DNA of 64,000 bases from Clostridiales bacterium. GTDB taxonomy: Bacteria > Actinomycetota > Coriobacteriia > Anaerosomatales > SLCP01. A program made the position numbers and the translations under genes. The notes under the pieces are model-generated. The model saw only the letters and a program-made list of their open reading frames with translations. It was not told where the DNA came from and ran no database searches. Location of the stretch: positions 207,210 through 271,209 of the forward strand of contig JAGXSG010000008.1 in NCBI GenBank assembly GCA_018333995.1, in the 5' to 3' direction. Shown in pieces: positions 45,999 to 55,776 of the stretch. How positions within the stretch are numbered: the first letter of the stretch is position 1; each line of letters starts with the position of its first letter.

Positions 45999-47192
45999 CT
46001 AGGTAAGTCCGCAATCCGCGAACACCTGAGCTGTCCGTGCGTGCATTACGTCAAGCGAGAACTCGGTCTCGAACCGTTCTCGTGCGGCCGAAGCGAGCTG
46101 CAGTCGCATGTCGGAATCCGTGATCAGCTTCTCCAGGGCTGCAGCCAGTGCTATTGGAGAACCGGGCGGGACCAGTAGGCCGGTCTGCCCGTCGATGATG
46201 GCCTCAGACACGCCGCCGACGTCGGTGGAGACTATGGCGCAGCCCGCCCTCATCGCCTCGAGGATCGCGTACGGGAGGCCCTCCCACAGGGAGGGGTATG
46301 CGTAGATCTGGAAGGTGGACAGAACCTCGGCGACTTCGCCATCGTAGTAGCCGGGGAGCGATATGCGATCCGCGAGGCCTCGATCGCGCACCTCGCTGCG
46401 CAGGCGTGGCAGTTCGGGTCCATCGCCGATGAGCACGAGGCGCACGTCGGGATGGCCTTCGGCGATCGATCCGAACGCGTGGACCAAGTCCAGAATCCCC
46501 TTGCCGGAGTCCATCCTGGCGACGCAGCCAATCGTGAGTGAGTCCCCGGCGGTGTGTTTGACCCGTGCATTCGCGTCAGCCAAGGCGTTGTGCACGACCC
46601 GCATCTTCGCCCCAGGCAGTCCGCGTACCGTGCTGAGGGCCCTCCCAATCGCTGCGGCATTGACGATGATTACGTCTGCCGCAGCGCCAACGCGTCGGTC
46701 GAGCCACGCTTCATACCAACGCAACGCCGGTCGTCTGGCAGCCGGCATGCTTACGACCGCGAAGGCGTTCGGAACGTGCTGTCGATTCGCCGCGATGGTC
46801 ATCGAGAGTGTCGAGCGTGCAGCGGGGTAGCCTCCGTTGAAGCTCAGTACCGCAGAGGGGCGGACTTGCCTGAGCAGCCGACGGCACAGCAGGGCGTTGT
46901 ACGCCATTACTAGCGGGTCGAGTAGCTGTGTCAGCCGGACCAGGACGATCGTGAGAAGGCGGGACCGCCTGTGAAGCAGCGCCCAGACCCTCGCACTCGT
47001 GAGTACTCTGACGTGCGCGGTCTCCACCGGCATGGTGAGCTTGCGAATGTCGACGTCGTTGAGCGCCTCAGGGTTGTACGCGAGTACGACACGCTCGAAT
47101 CCCGTGCTCGCGCCGTTCGCAAGGTCGACCAGGTAGCTTGCCCCCGCAACGCCCGGCCAGTAGTTCTCGGTGAAGACAAGGAGCGTGCTCAT
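45999..47192 (-). CDS. family 4 glycosyltransferase (paralogue B)
   Basis: AYPSLWEGLPYAILEAMRAGCAIVSTDVGGVSE. It aligns end to end with the 43519-44736 product (MSTLLVFTENY.. vs MDRLLVYTENY..). Confidence 0.85.
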   Translation of the reverse strand: MSTLLVFTENYWPGVAGASYLVDLANGASTGFERVVLAYNPEALNDVDIRKLTMPVETAHVRVLTSARVWALLHRRSRLLTIVLVRLTQLLDPLVMAYNALLCRRLLRQVRPSAVLSFNGGYPAARSTLSMTIAANRQHVPNAFAVVSMPAARRPALRWYEAWLDRRVGAAADVIIVNAAAIGRALSTVRGLPGAKMRVVHNALADANARVKHTAGDSLTIGCVARMDSGKGILDLVHAFGSIAEGHPDVRLVLIGDGPELPRLRSEVRDRGLADRISLPGYYDGEVAEVLSTFQIYAYPSLWEGLPYAILEAMRAGCAIVSTDVGGVSEAIIDGQTGLLVPPGSPIALAAALEKLITDSDMRLQLASAARERFETEFSLDVMHARTAQVFADCGLT

Positions 47193-47210
47193 CGCATATC
47201 CCGTTCTCCC

Positions 47211-48071
47211 CTACACCGCGGGGCGATAGAGTTTGCGCACGATGGTCCGCAACTGAGCCAACAACGGCCGCAGGGGCGGCATGAGCACGAACAGCCATGT
47301 CGCGAACAGGCTGATTCGCAGCCGACGCTGAGATCTCCTGATGACAGTGTGGTACTGCCCGCCAAGGTAGGGGTCGAGTTCGCGAAGGACCCTCATGAAC
47401 GCACGCACCTGCCGGGTCGCGGACTGCCTGGAGAACTCACCGCCAGCGTGCCTGCGGTAGGCCGCCATGACCTCGTCGATGTAGCCGATCCATCCAAGCC
47501 GAGCATGCATGACGTTGAGCGGGAAGTCTGCCATCTCTACGTCGTTCCACCAGTCCGGAAGGCTCTTGATGAGGCCCCCTCGGTAGAGAACCGAGCACGA
47601 GCTGATGAAGTTGCCGATCAAGAGATTCTCAAGATGGGTGCGTGCGGGCATCTTGGACATATCGGGTATCTCAATTACCGTGCCGGCCTCATCGACCACT
47701 TCAACGTTGTGGAAACACAGGGCACAGTCGGGGTTGGCCTCGAGGAACTCGACCTGGATCTGAACCTTCTTCGGGCTGATCCAGTAGTCGTCACCGTCGA
47801 GCAGGGCTATGTAGTCCCCTGTGCAAGCGGCAAACACTCTCGCCACATTGCGCTGTGCGCCGACGTTCTCCGGTCCGGAAACCACACGGATTTTGCCGGG
47901 GTACCTGTTTGCATAGTCATTCACGATCACTGCCGTGAGGTCCGTCGAGCAGTCCTCGCCAATGATGAGCTCGATCTCGAATCCATCGTGTTCTTGTGCG
48001 AGAACGCTCTCGATCGCCTGGGCGATATGACGTTCGTGATTATAGGTGACCATGGAAACGCTTACGCGCAT
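47211..48071 (-). CDS. family 2 glycosyltransferase (paralogue B)
   Basis: MRVSVSMVTYNHERHIAQAIESVL .. IIGEDCSTD .. LLDGDD. ATG 48071 has AAGGA 8 nt upstream. The track start 48254 adds a low-complexity 61-aa extension. Confidence 0.8.
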   Translation of the reverse strand: MRVSVSMVTYNHERHIAQAIESVLAQEHDGFEIELIIGEDCSTDLTAVIVNDYANRYPGKIRVVSGPENVGAQRNVARVFAACTGDYIALLDGDDYWISPKKVQIQVEFLEANPDCALCFHNVEVVDEAGTVIEIPDMSKMPARTHLENLLIGNFISSCSVLYRGGLIKSLPDWWNDVEMADFPLNVMHARLGWIGYIDEVMAAYRRHAGGEFSRQSATRQVRAFMRVLRELDPYLGGQYHTVIRRSQRRLRISLFATWLFVLMPPLRPLLAQLRTIVRKLYRPAV

Positions 48072-48269
48072 CGACGCCATCCTTGCTTCTGCCATCGTTT
48101 CGGACTGGGGAAGCGCGCCGGGGTTGATAGAGGTCTCAGCTCCGGGTTCCGCACTGGCTTGGAGCGCTCCAGCCGTCGAAGCATTCTGCTCCGCGCTCAA
48201 TGATGGTATCAGGATGAGTGGTGGAGTGGATTGTGGCCGGTCGCACGGTCGCACGCGAAGAGTGACCCC

Positions 48270-50123
48270 CTACGCCAACAGCTGTGTCTCGAACAGCCGC
48301 TGGTACGTCTCACCCTTGGCCGCCAACTCCTCGTGCGTGCCGCGCTCGACGATGCGCCCGTCCTCGATCACAAGCAGCTGGTCAGCCTTGATGACCGTCG
48401 CCAACCGGTGCGCGATGACGATGATCGTCTTCGTGCCGTGCAGCCCGGCGAGCGCCTTTTGGATGTAGGCCTCGGACTCGGAATCGAGCGCGCTCGTTGG
48501 CTCGTCAAGGATCAGCACCGAGCATTCCTCGAGCAGCACGCGAGCGAGCGCGATGCGCTGGCGCTCACCCCCGGAGAACCGCACGCCGCGGTCGCCGAGT
48601 CTCGTCTCCAGGCCATGCGGCAGGTCGTAGACGAACGTCGCGTACGCCTGCTCGAGCGCGACGCGCAGCTGCTCCTCGGTGGGCTCGAATCCGAGCCCGT
48701 AGGTGAGGTTCTCCCTGACAGACTCGTTGAAGAGCATCGCATCTTGCGTGAGGTACCCGATGCCCCGGCGAAGCGAGCCGACCTGGAAGCGCCTCACGTC
48801 GGTCCCGTCGATGGTGACGCTGCCGCCTCCGACGTCACGCAGGCGCGGCAGCAGTTCGACAAGCGTTGACTTGCCGGCGCCCGAGCGCCCCACGATCGCT
48901 GTGAACGAGCCGACGGGGATCGTGACAGAAACGCCGCTGAGCACCTCTTTGCCGGCGGACTCCACCGAGCCGTCCGCCGCGCGCGTCTCCGGGTAGGCGA
49001 AGGACACGTTAGAAAGCGCGATCTCGCGGGTGACCCCCTCGAACGGGATCTCGCCGCCGCGTATCGTGTTGGACTTCTCGGCGTCCGCGATGGTCTCTTG
49101 GACGAGCAACAGCCCCGCCATGTTCTGCGAGATAGCCTGTCTGCCCGCGTTGAACTCCTTGATCTTGCCGTTCAGGCGACTGAGCACAAAGAGCACGAGG
49201 CCGAGCTGTGCGAGCGTCATGCCAAGCACGTCGATGCCGATGTAGAGTGTGACGAACGCCGACATCATGAGCAGCGGGTCGGCGGTTACCTCGATCATCG
49301 CCCCAAGGCGCGCCTGTTTGACGCTTATCGCGCGCATCGTCTCGGAGAACGCGCCGATCCGCTCGGACTCGGCGCGCTTCTGATGGCGGAGCTTTACGAG
49401 GCGCATCATCCCGAGCCGCTCGACCACTTTCCCGATCATCTCCTGGGTCACGCCTGCCGACTCGATGGCAAAGTCACGGATCTTGCGCACGTAGGTCTTC
49501 ACGACGAGCGAGACGACGACGGCGAAAGCGAGCGTGACCATCGTGAGCGGGACCGAGAGTGCGAGCAGGATGGCGACGTAGAGCAGCATGAGGAATGTGA
49601 CTGTCAGCTGCCGGATGATGGCGAGAACCGCGGCACCGGCTAGGCCGGTCTGTGCGACGACGATCCCCACGAGATGTCCGGCTGACTGGCGCGTGAAGAA
49701 CTCGGGGTCCGCGTCGAGCACTGCGTCAAGTGTGGCCATCCGCATCCGTACCCCGATCCTGCCGGCGACGATTGCGGAGTACCAGGCGTTCAGGTAGAAG
49801 ATGACCTGCCGCATAAGGATAGGCACAAACGCCATGAGGAGCAGGACCGGGAGGGTGACCGGCAGGCCCGCGAACTCCATGAGCCGACGAAGCGCGTCCC
49901 AGATAGCGCCCGCACCCTCAATGATCGCTGTTTGCCCGCCCTCGGCGTACTGCAGGATCGGGAGGAGGAGCGAGATACCCACGCCCTCGAAGACGGCGAA
50001 AATCGCCGCGAACGCGACCAGCCCCGCGATCTCGCTCGCCCTCACATCGACGATGGCGAGCATCCGCCGGATGGCGTTGACGCGTAGGAACTCGTTCGCG
50101 GCGTGCAAAGCTTTGGCGAGCAC
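48270..50123 (-). CDS. MsbA/PglK-like ABC exporter (fused TMD-NBD)
   Basis: Six-TM N-terminal half, Walker A GRSGAGKST, signature FSGGERQRIALAR and Walker B ILILDEPTS. It is the first gene of the minus-strand GT operon. Confidence 0.9.
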   Translation of the reverse strand: MLAKALHAANEFLRVNAIRRMLAIVDVRASEIAGLVAFAAIFAVFEGVGISLLLPILQYAEGGQTAIIEGAGAIWDALRRLMEFAGLPVTLPVLLLMAFVPILMRQVIFYLNAWYSAIVAGRIGVRMRMATLDAVLDADPEFFTRQSAGHLVGIVVAQTGLAGAAVLAIIRQLTVTFLMLLYVAILLALSVPLTMVTLAFAVVVSLVVKTYVRKIRDFAIESAGVTQEMIGKVVERLGMMRLVKLRHQKRAESERIGAFSETMRAISVKQARLGAMIEVTADPLLMMSAFVTLYIGIDVLGMTLAQLGLVLFVLSRLNGKIKEFNAGRQAISQNMAGLLLVQETIADAEKSNTIRGGEIPFEGVTREIALSNVSFAYPETRAADGSVESAGKEVLSGVSVTIPVGSFTAIVGRSGAGKSTLVELLPRLRDVGGGSVTIDGTDVRRFQVGSLRRGIGYLTQDAMLFNESVRENLTYGLGFEPTEEQLRVALEQAYATFVYDLPHGLETRLGDRGVRFSGGERQRIALARVLLEECSVLILDEPTSALDSESEAYIQKALAGLHGTKTIIVIAHRLATVIKADQLLVIEDGRIVERGTHEELAAKGETYQRLFETQLLA

Positions 50124-50245
50124 AGGCTGTTCCTCGTGAACGGGGGCGGGTCAAGTGCGGTGCAAGTATACCTGAGCTGCGTTGCGTTTGAGCTTGGGTG
50201 ACTCACGTCTAAAGTCTTGGCGTACACTGTTTCGCGAGGTGACGC

Positions 50246-51400
50246 ATGAAGCAGTCTGGACTCGCGCGAACCGTCTTGTTCGTAAACAACTTTCCTGGCC
50301 CCACGCTTGGCGGCGGGGAGATACATCTGATGCAGCTTGTGCGCGCCCTGTTGCGCGACGCATGGCACGTGCGGGTCATCGCGGCGCAACAAAGCGAGCT
50401 TGCCAGAACCGCGCGCGACGCTGGCGCACATGTCGATGAGTTCGAGTTCAGCTATACGTACCTTCCAAGCGTGCCTGCTCGAATCCGCGGTATCGCCGTA
50501 TCGTCAGGCGCTGACATCGTTATCGGCACTGGCTTCCTCACCAACGTGCTCGTTCGTCTCGCCATGCGGGCTGTCCCGGGTGTAGCGGTCGTCAATATCG
50601 CTCATACCGAGCCGGATGCGGCCCGGTATGAGGGCGCGGGTGCGATCGCGCTGGCGGCGCGAAGACGCGTCGAGCGGTGCGCCCTTGACCGTGTGGACGC
50701 GTTTGTCGCGATCTCGTCGGAGGTGAGCCGCGCGTTGCTGGCGCGCGGTGTTGATGGCCGACGAGTGCATACGATCTGTAACGCCGTGGATCCCGCGGCC
50801 GTGCGCGCCGACGCTCAGGCGATCGCGCTCCCTCCGGTGATGGCGCGGCAGCTGAGCGCCAGAGTCCCGCTTGTTGGCTACGTGGGCCGCTTGTCGCTTG
50901 TTAAAGGCGCCGAGTACTTCATCCAGATGGCAGCACGTCTCGTGCAGCGCGAGCCGGACGTGTGTTTCGTTGTGGTCGGCTCCGGCCCCGAGGAAGGTCG
51001 TTTGCGTGAGATCGCGGCCGCGTACGCGCTTGGAGAGCGGCTCGTCTTTCTCGGCCACGTGTCACCCGCTGCGCCCGTTCTCGCCGCGTGTGATGTTGTG
51101 GTGCTGCCGTCGCTCTCGGAGGGGATGCCCACGGTCACGCTTGAAGCGATGGCGCTCGCGAAGCCGGTCGTCGCCACGCGTGTGGGCGGTCTACCCGACG
51201 TGGTAGCCGACGGCGAGACTGGGCTGCTCGTCCCGCCCGCAGATCCTGACGCCCTTGCCGAGGCGGTCGCCTCCCTGCTTCGCGATCCTGCGCGCGCTCG
51301 TGCGATGGGTGAAGCTGGGCGTGCGCGCGTGGAGGAGCGCTTCACGCTCGAGCGGATGCTCGCGGAGTACCGTACGCTCTTCGATACGCTCGCGGGATAG
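50246..51400 (+). CDS. family 4 glycosyltransferase
   Basis: VLPSLSEGMPTVTLEAMALAKPVVATRVGGLPDVV (E-x7-E). Confidence 0.85.
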   Translation: MKQSGLARTVLFVNNFPGPTLGGGEIHLMQLVRALLRDAWHVRVIAAQQSELARTARDAGAHVDEFEFSYTYLPSVPARIRGIAVSSGADIVIGTGFLTNVLVRLAMRAVPGVAVVNIAHTEPDAARYEGAGAIALAARRRVERCALDRVDAFVAISSEVSRALLARGVDGRRVHTICNAVDPAAVRADAQAIALPPVMARQLSARVPLVGYVGRLSLVKGAEYFIQMAARLVQREPDVCFVVVGSGPEEGRLREIAAAYALGERLVFLGHVSPAAPVLAACDVVVLPSLSEGMPTVTLEAMALAKPVVATRVGGLPDVVADGETGLLVPPADPDALAEAVASLLRDPARARAMGEAGRARVEERFTLERMLAEYRTLFDTLAG

Positions 51401-51523
51401 ACGCTGACCTTCTTTCCGGACTCGCGTCGCGAATACCGCCGCCGCCAGCCCGCTCACGCGCTACACTAGGGCCGAGGCGTCGCGCCGGTGATCGCGTCGT
51501 CTGTCCGCTAGAGAGGAGCCCCG

Positions 51524-52651
51524 GTGCCACGCGCCTGGGATGATTCCACGTTCGTCTTCATGTCGAGCCGTTCTCGCGCGTCTCTCGGCAGGATCGAGCG
51601 GCGCATGCTCGCTGTTATCGGTGAGCTCATTCGTCTTGGGGCGACCGTCCTCGTTGTGTGCGGGCCCAGAAGTCCGCTCGCCGAGCAGGCCGCGGCGCTC
51701 GGCGCGACGGTGGCGCCGTATCGCCTCGAGGCGGGCAACTATCTGCGCGCGGCATCGAGGCTTCGCAAGTACCTGAGGCGCTACCAGCCGGTCTGTGCGC
51801 ACTCGACAGGCCAGCGCGCCGATCTGGTCCTTCGCTGGGCCGCCCGCGACCTGTCAACCGCTGTGATCAACTCGATCGCGTGCGGCGCGTGGCCACGTGG
51901 AGGACCGCTGCGCCGCTTCTTCGACGCCCACACGCTTCACCGTCCCGACGTCATCCTCGTCGACTGCAAGACGCTCATCGCCGAGCTGGTCGCGCTTGGC
52001 GCCCCACTTCCGCGCGTGCGCTACGACCCGCCAAGTGTCACGGTGCCGCACGTCATGAGCGAAGCCGAGCGGCCCGTGCCTGACTTCGGTGCTCTGGCGC
52101 TCTCACAGTCCGGAGACGGCGCTAGACTCGCAGGGTTTGCAAGCCGCCTCGAGTCGGTTCGGGGAGCCGCGCACCTCGTGGATGCCGCGGCGGTTCTCGC
52201 GGCGTCAGGCGTCGACGTGCGCGTCGTGATCGCGGGGCGGGGCCCGGAGCTTGAGGCGGTGCGAAAGCAGGCGGCGGGCGTTGGCAACGTGAGCGTGCTG
52301 GGCGAGGTGGAGAGTCTGCCGTCCGTGCTCTACGCCCTCGACGTCTGCGTGTTCCCGAGCGTCGGCGGCGGAGCTCCCACCGCGCTGCTCGAGGCGGCGG
52401 TGCTCGGCAAGCCGATCGTAAGCACGATGACCCCCGGCATCGAGGGCCTTTTCATCCCCGCCGAGGAAATCGTGCTCGTGCCGCCGGGCGATGCTGACGC
52501 AATCGCGCGAGCGGTCGCTGAGCTGCTCGCTGATCCCGATCGCGCACGCTCGATGGGAGAGCGCGCCCGCCAGAGGGCGCTCGATGAGTACTCCTCGGCC
52601 AGCGCGGTTAAGCGGCACCTGAGCGTGTATCGCGAGTTCATGGAGCGATGA
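51524..52651 (+). CDS. family 4-like glycosyltransferase
   Basis: VFPSVGGGAPTALLEAAVLGKPIVST. RBS GAGAGGAG precedes GTG 51524. Confidence 0.8.
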   Translation: MPRAWDDSTFVFMSSRSRASLGRIERRMLAVIGELIRLGATVLVVCGPRSPLAEQAAALGATVAPYRLEAGNYLRAASRLRKYLRRYQPVCAHSTGQRADLVLRWAARDLSTAVINSIACGAWPRGGPLRRFFDAHTLHRPDVILVDCKTLIAELVALGAPLPRVRYDPPSVTVPHVMSEAERPVPDFGALALSQSGDGARLAGFASRLESVRGAAHLVDAAAVLAASGVDVRVVIAGRGPELEAVRKQAAGVGNVSVLGEVESLPSVLYALDVCVFPSVGGGAPTALLEAAVLGKPIVSTMTPGIEGLFIPAEEIVLVPPGDADAIARAVAELLADPDRARSMGERARQRALDEYSSASAVKRHLSVYREFMER

Positions 52652-52660
52652 GCGCCGCTC

Positions 52661-54187
52661 CTAGCGGCCCCAGTCGTCCTCGAACCGCTCGATGTCGTCC
52701 TCGCCGAGGTACCCGCCTACCGCTATCTCGATCACCCTCAGTGTCTCGCTTGCGGCGTTGGTCAGGCGGTGTGTCGCGCCTGCGGGGACGTACGCTGACT
52801 CGTTGGCGCCGAGCTCGGTCGCACTCCCTTCGATCTCTACGATCGCCCGGCCGGCGACCACCACCCAGTGCTCACTGCGGTGAGTGTGGCGCTGGAGGGA
52901 CAGGCGTCGCCCTGGATCGACCTGGACCTCCTTGATCTGGTAGCCCGCAGCCCGCAACAGCACCGTCCAGCGCCCCCACGGACGGACGTTGCTTCGGTGC
53001 TCGACCACCTCGGGCGCGCCTGCCGCAGTGAGCGCCTCGACAACGAGTCGCACGTCTTGAGCTCGGTCCTTAGCTGCCACGAGGGTGGCGTCCAGAGTGT
53101 CGACGACGATCACGTTTTCGAGTCCGAGGGTGGCCACCAGCCGTTCGGGCGCGTACGTTGTCACGCCCCTGCTGTCCACGTCGACCGCCTGGCCGAGCAA
53201 GAAGTTGCCGCGCTCGTCGGCCTCGCCGAGCCAGTCGAGCGCGAGGAGAGATCCCACATCGCTCCATCTCATCGCCGAGGGCACGACGGCGACCCGGTTG
53301 GAGACTTCAAGCACGGCCCGGTCAAACTGTACGCTTGGCAGTGAGGCGAAGCGCGCGATGGATTCCGGGTCCGTATGCCACTCGGACGGCCGCCGCTCGG
53401 CTACGAGCCACTCGGCGGTTTCAGCTATCCGCACCCCATCGGCGGAGTCCGGGGTGGCACCCGCAGCTCCAGCGCTCCGGAGTGCCGCAAGCACGTCTGC
53501 TGCGCGTGCTACCAGCATGCCCGCGTTCCAGAGGTACCCGCCGTGCGACACGTACTGCTGGGCGGTCGCGCGATCGGGCTTCTCGGCGAAGAGGGCAACC
53601 CGGTATCCGAGAGGCGGTGCGGTCACCGCCTCGGCGGTTCGTGCGCTCGCACCCTCGGTGTCGTCCGCCATGAGGGGCTCACCGGTGCGAATGTATCCGT
53701 ACCCCGTCTCAGGTGAGGCCGGTGTGAGGCCGATCGTGGTCAGGTACCCGCCGCGCGCCAGAGTGACCGCCGCGTCGATGGTCTCGCGCCAGATCGGAGC
53801 GTGCTCGAGGAGGTGATCTGAGGGCAGCACCGCAATGAGCGCTCCCGGGTCGTGATGCTCGACCATCGCGGCGGCTAGTGCGATCGCCGGAGCGGTGTTG
53901 CGCGAGGCGGGCTCGGCGACGATGTCGATGTCGAGGTGTTTCAATGACTGCTGAGAGACGAGATGGTCTCGCACTTCGGAGAGCAGGCGTGGGCTGGTGA
54001 GCACATGGATGCGGTCAGGTCCGCACTCATCGGCCATGCGCTCTATCGTCTGGCAGAGGAGGCTTGACCCGCCAAACGTCGATATGAGCTGCTTAGGAGC
54101 GAGCTCGCGCGAAAGCGGCCAGAACCGGGTTCCTGAGCCGCCGGCGAGCACGATTGTATGCAGGTCGGGGATCGGCGTGCTTGTCAT
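52661..54187 (-). CDS. manC: mannose-1-phosphate guanylyltransferase / mannose-6-phosphate isomerase (bifunctional type)
   Basis: N-terminal IVLAGGSGTRFWPLSR and C-terminal cupin RPWGRWTVL..QVDPGRRLSLQRHTHRSEHWVVV. Confidence 0.9.
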   Translation of the reverse strand: MTSTPIPDLHTIVLAGGSGTRFWPLSRELAPKQLISTFGGSSLLCQTIERMADECGPDRIHVLTSPRLLSEVRDHLVSQQSLKHLDIDIVAEPASRNTAPAIALAAAMVEHHDPGALIAVLPSDHLLEHAPIWRETIDAAVTLARGGYLTTIGLTPASPETGYGYIRTGEPLMADDTEGASARTAEAVTAPPLGYRVALFAEKPDRATAQQYVSHGGYLWNAGMLVARAADVLAALRSAGAAGATPDSADGVRIAETAEWLVAERRPSEWHTDPESIARFASLPSVQFDRAVLEVSNRVAVVPSAMRWSDVGSLLALDWLGEADERGNFLLGQAVDVDSRGVTTYAPERLVATLGLENVIVVDTLDATLVAAKDRAQDVRLVVEALTAAGAPEVVEHRSNVRPWGRWTVLLRAAGYQIKEVQVDPGRRLSLQRHTHRSEHWVVVAGRAIVEIEGSATELGANESAYVPAGATHRLTNAASETLRVIEIAVGGYLGEDDIERFEDDWGR

Positions 54188-54365
54188 CCAGGATCCTAAT
54201 CGTCGAGTTCACCATGTCGCCGAGGCGGTCATGCCAGTATATCGCTCCCGCCACACCGGATACACGGAAGCGATGGTCGCGACAGCCCCTATGCGTCACA
54301 ATGAGATGTCGCGTGCACGCACACACGTCCATCGCGTAGACCCTGAGGCGAGGAGGCGGCCTACC

Positions 54366-55769
54366 GTGAGCATGAACCACGACATCACGTTTGGCACCGA
54401 CGGATGGCGGGCGGTCATCGCGGAGGACTTCACCTACGAGAACCTGCGGCGCGTTGCGGACGCAACCGGCAGGGTCTTCTCGCACGACCACGGCGGGGGC
54501 CGCATCCTCGTAGGGTACGACACCCGCTTTGAGGGCAAGGCGTTCGCCCACGCTGCGGCGGAGGTCATAGCGTCCCACGGTCTTGAGGCGGTCGTATCAG
54601 ACCGCTACATGCCCACGCCGGCGCTGTGTTGGTCGGTCGCACACGACCAGCGTGCGATAGGCGGCGTCATGGTGACCGCAAGTCACAATCCGGCCAAGTA
54701 CTCCGGGTTCAAGATCAGGATGCACGACGGCGGCGCCTCGCCAGTGGCGCTCACCGATCGCGTCGAGGCGGCGCTGAGGCCTGAGGCGCCAGCGACGCGC
54801 GGTGTGCCGCTCACAGCCGATCTCATGACGCCGTACCTAGAAGCCCTGCTTGCCGCGGTCGACACCGATCTTATTCGCGGCGCCGGACTCCGGGTGGTTG
54901 TCGATTCGCTCTACGGCGCCGGCCAGCACTACCTCGCGGATGTGCTGCGAGATGCTGGCGTCGACGTTAACGAGATTCACATGGAGCCTAACCCCGGGTT
55001 TGGCGGCTTGCATCCCGAGCCCATCCCCCCGCACATAGACGGGATGCGCGACGCCGTGGTCGTGGGCCAGCGAGACGCCGGTTTCGTGACCGACGGGGAC
55101 GCTGACCGCATCGGTGCCGCAGACGCCGCCGGCCGCTTTGTTAACCCGCACCGCATCATCTGTCTCGTCGCCCGCCACCTTGCGCAGGACCGCGGTCAGA
55201 CGGGCCGGATCGTCAAGACGCTTTCCACCTCGGTGCTCGTGGACCGCCTCGGCCAGCGTCTTGGCTTACCCGTGACCACCACGCCGGTAGGCTTCAAGTG
55301 GATCTATGAGGAGATGCTCGCAGGCGACGTGCTCGTTGGCGGGGAGGAGTCCGGCGGCATCGGAATCCCCAGTCACGTGCGCGAGCGTGATGGGCTGCTC
55401 ATCGCGCTCATGCTCACTGAGATGATGGCCCAGCACGGAAAGGGTCTCGGTGAGCTCGTCCACGACCTGTTCGAGCTTACCGGGCCAATGGAGTACCAGC
55501 GCGTCGATCTCGCGCTCGATCCCGAGGTAATGATTTCGTTTCGCGAGCGGCTTCCGCACGTCGCGCCCGCCGAGATTGCCGGGTTGCAAGTCCTTGAGAC
55601 GGTGCGCACCGACGGCCTCAAGCTCCTCCTGCCGGACGACGCGTGGCTGCTGCTGCGCCCTTCGGGCACCGAGCCGCTCGTCCGCGTTTACGCGGAGGCC
55701 TCCTCGGCGGGCGTGGTCGACGATCTGCTCGCGGCTGGCAAGGCTATCGCGACAGGCGAGGGGGCATAG
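54366..55769 (+). CDS. phosphomannomutase/phosphoglucomutase
   Basis: FGTDGWRA N-terminus, phosphoserine loop TASHNPAKYSGFK and Mg site DGDADR. GTG 54366 lies 9 nt after AGGAGG. Track start 53997 is an extension. Confidence 0.9.
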   Translation: MSMNHDITFGTDGWRAVIAEDFTYENLRRVADATGRVFSHDHGGGRILVGYDTRFEGKAFAHAAAEVIASHGLEAVVSDRYMPTPALCWSVAHDQRAIGGVMVTASHNPAKYSGFKIRMHDGGASPVALTDRVEAALRPEAPATRGVPLTADLMTPYLEALLAAVDTDLIRGAGLRVVVDSLYGAGQHYLADVLRDAGVDVNEIHMEPNPGFGGLHPEPIPPHIDGMRDAVVVGQRDAGFVTDGDADRIGAADAAGRFVNPHRIICLVARHLAQDRGQTGRIVKTLSTSVLVDRLGQRLGLPVTTTPVGFKWIYEEMLAGDVLVGGEESGGIGIPSHVRERDGLLIALMLTEMMAQHGKGLGELVHDLFELTGPMEYQRVDLALDPEVMISFRERLPHVAPAEIAGLQVLETVRTDGLKLLLPDDAWLLLRPSGTEPLVRVYAEASSAGVVDDLLAAGKAIATGEGA

Positions 55770-55776
55770 CCGCCCG

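Noticed and set aside
48072-48254. 61-aa N-terminal extension of the minus-strand GT2 gene
   Set aside because: Its paralogue (42433) has a short N-terminus. ATG 48071 gives the typical MRVSVSMVTYN start with AAGGA 8 nt upstream. The longer start cannot be fully excluded.
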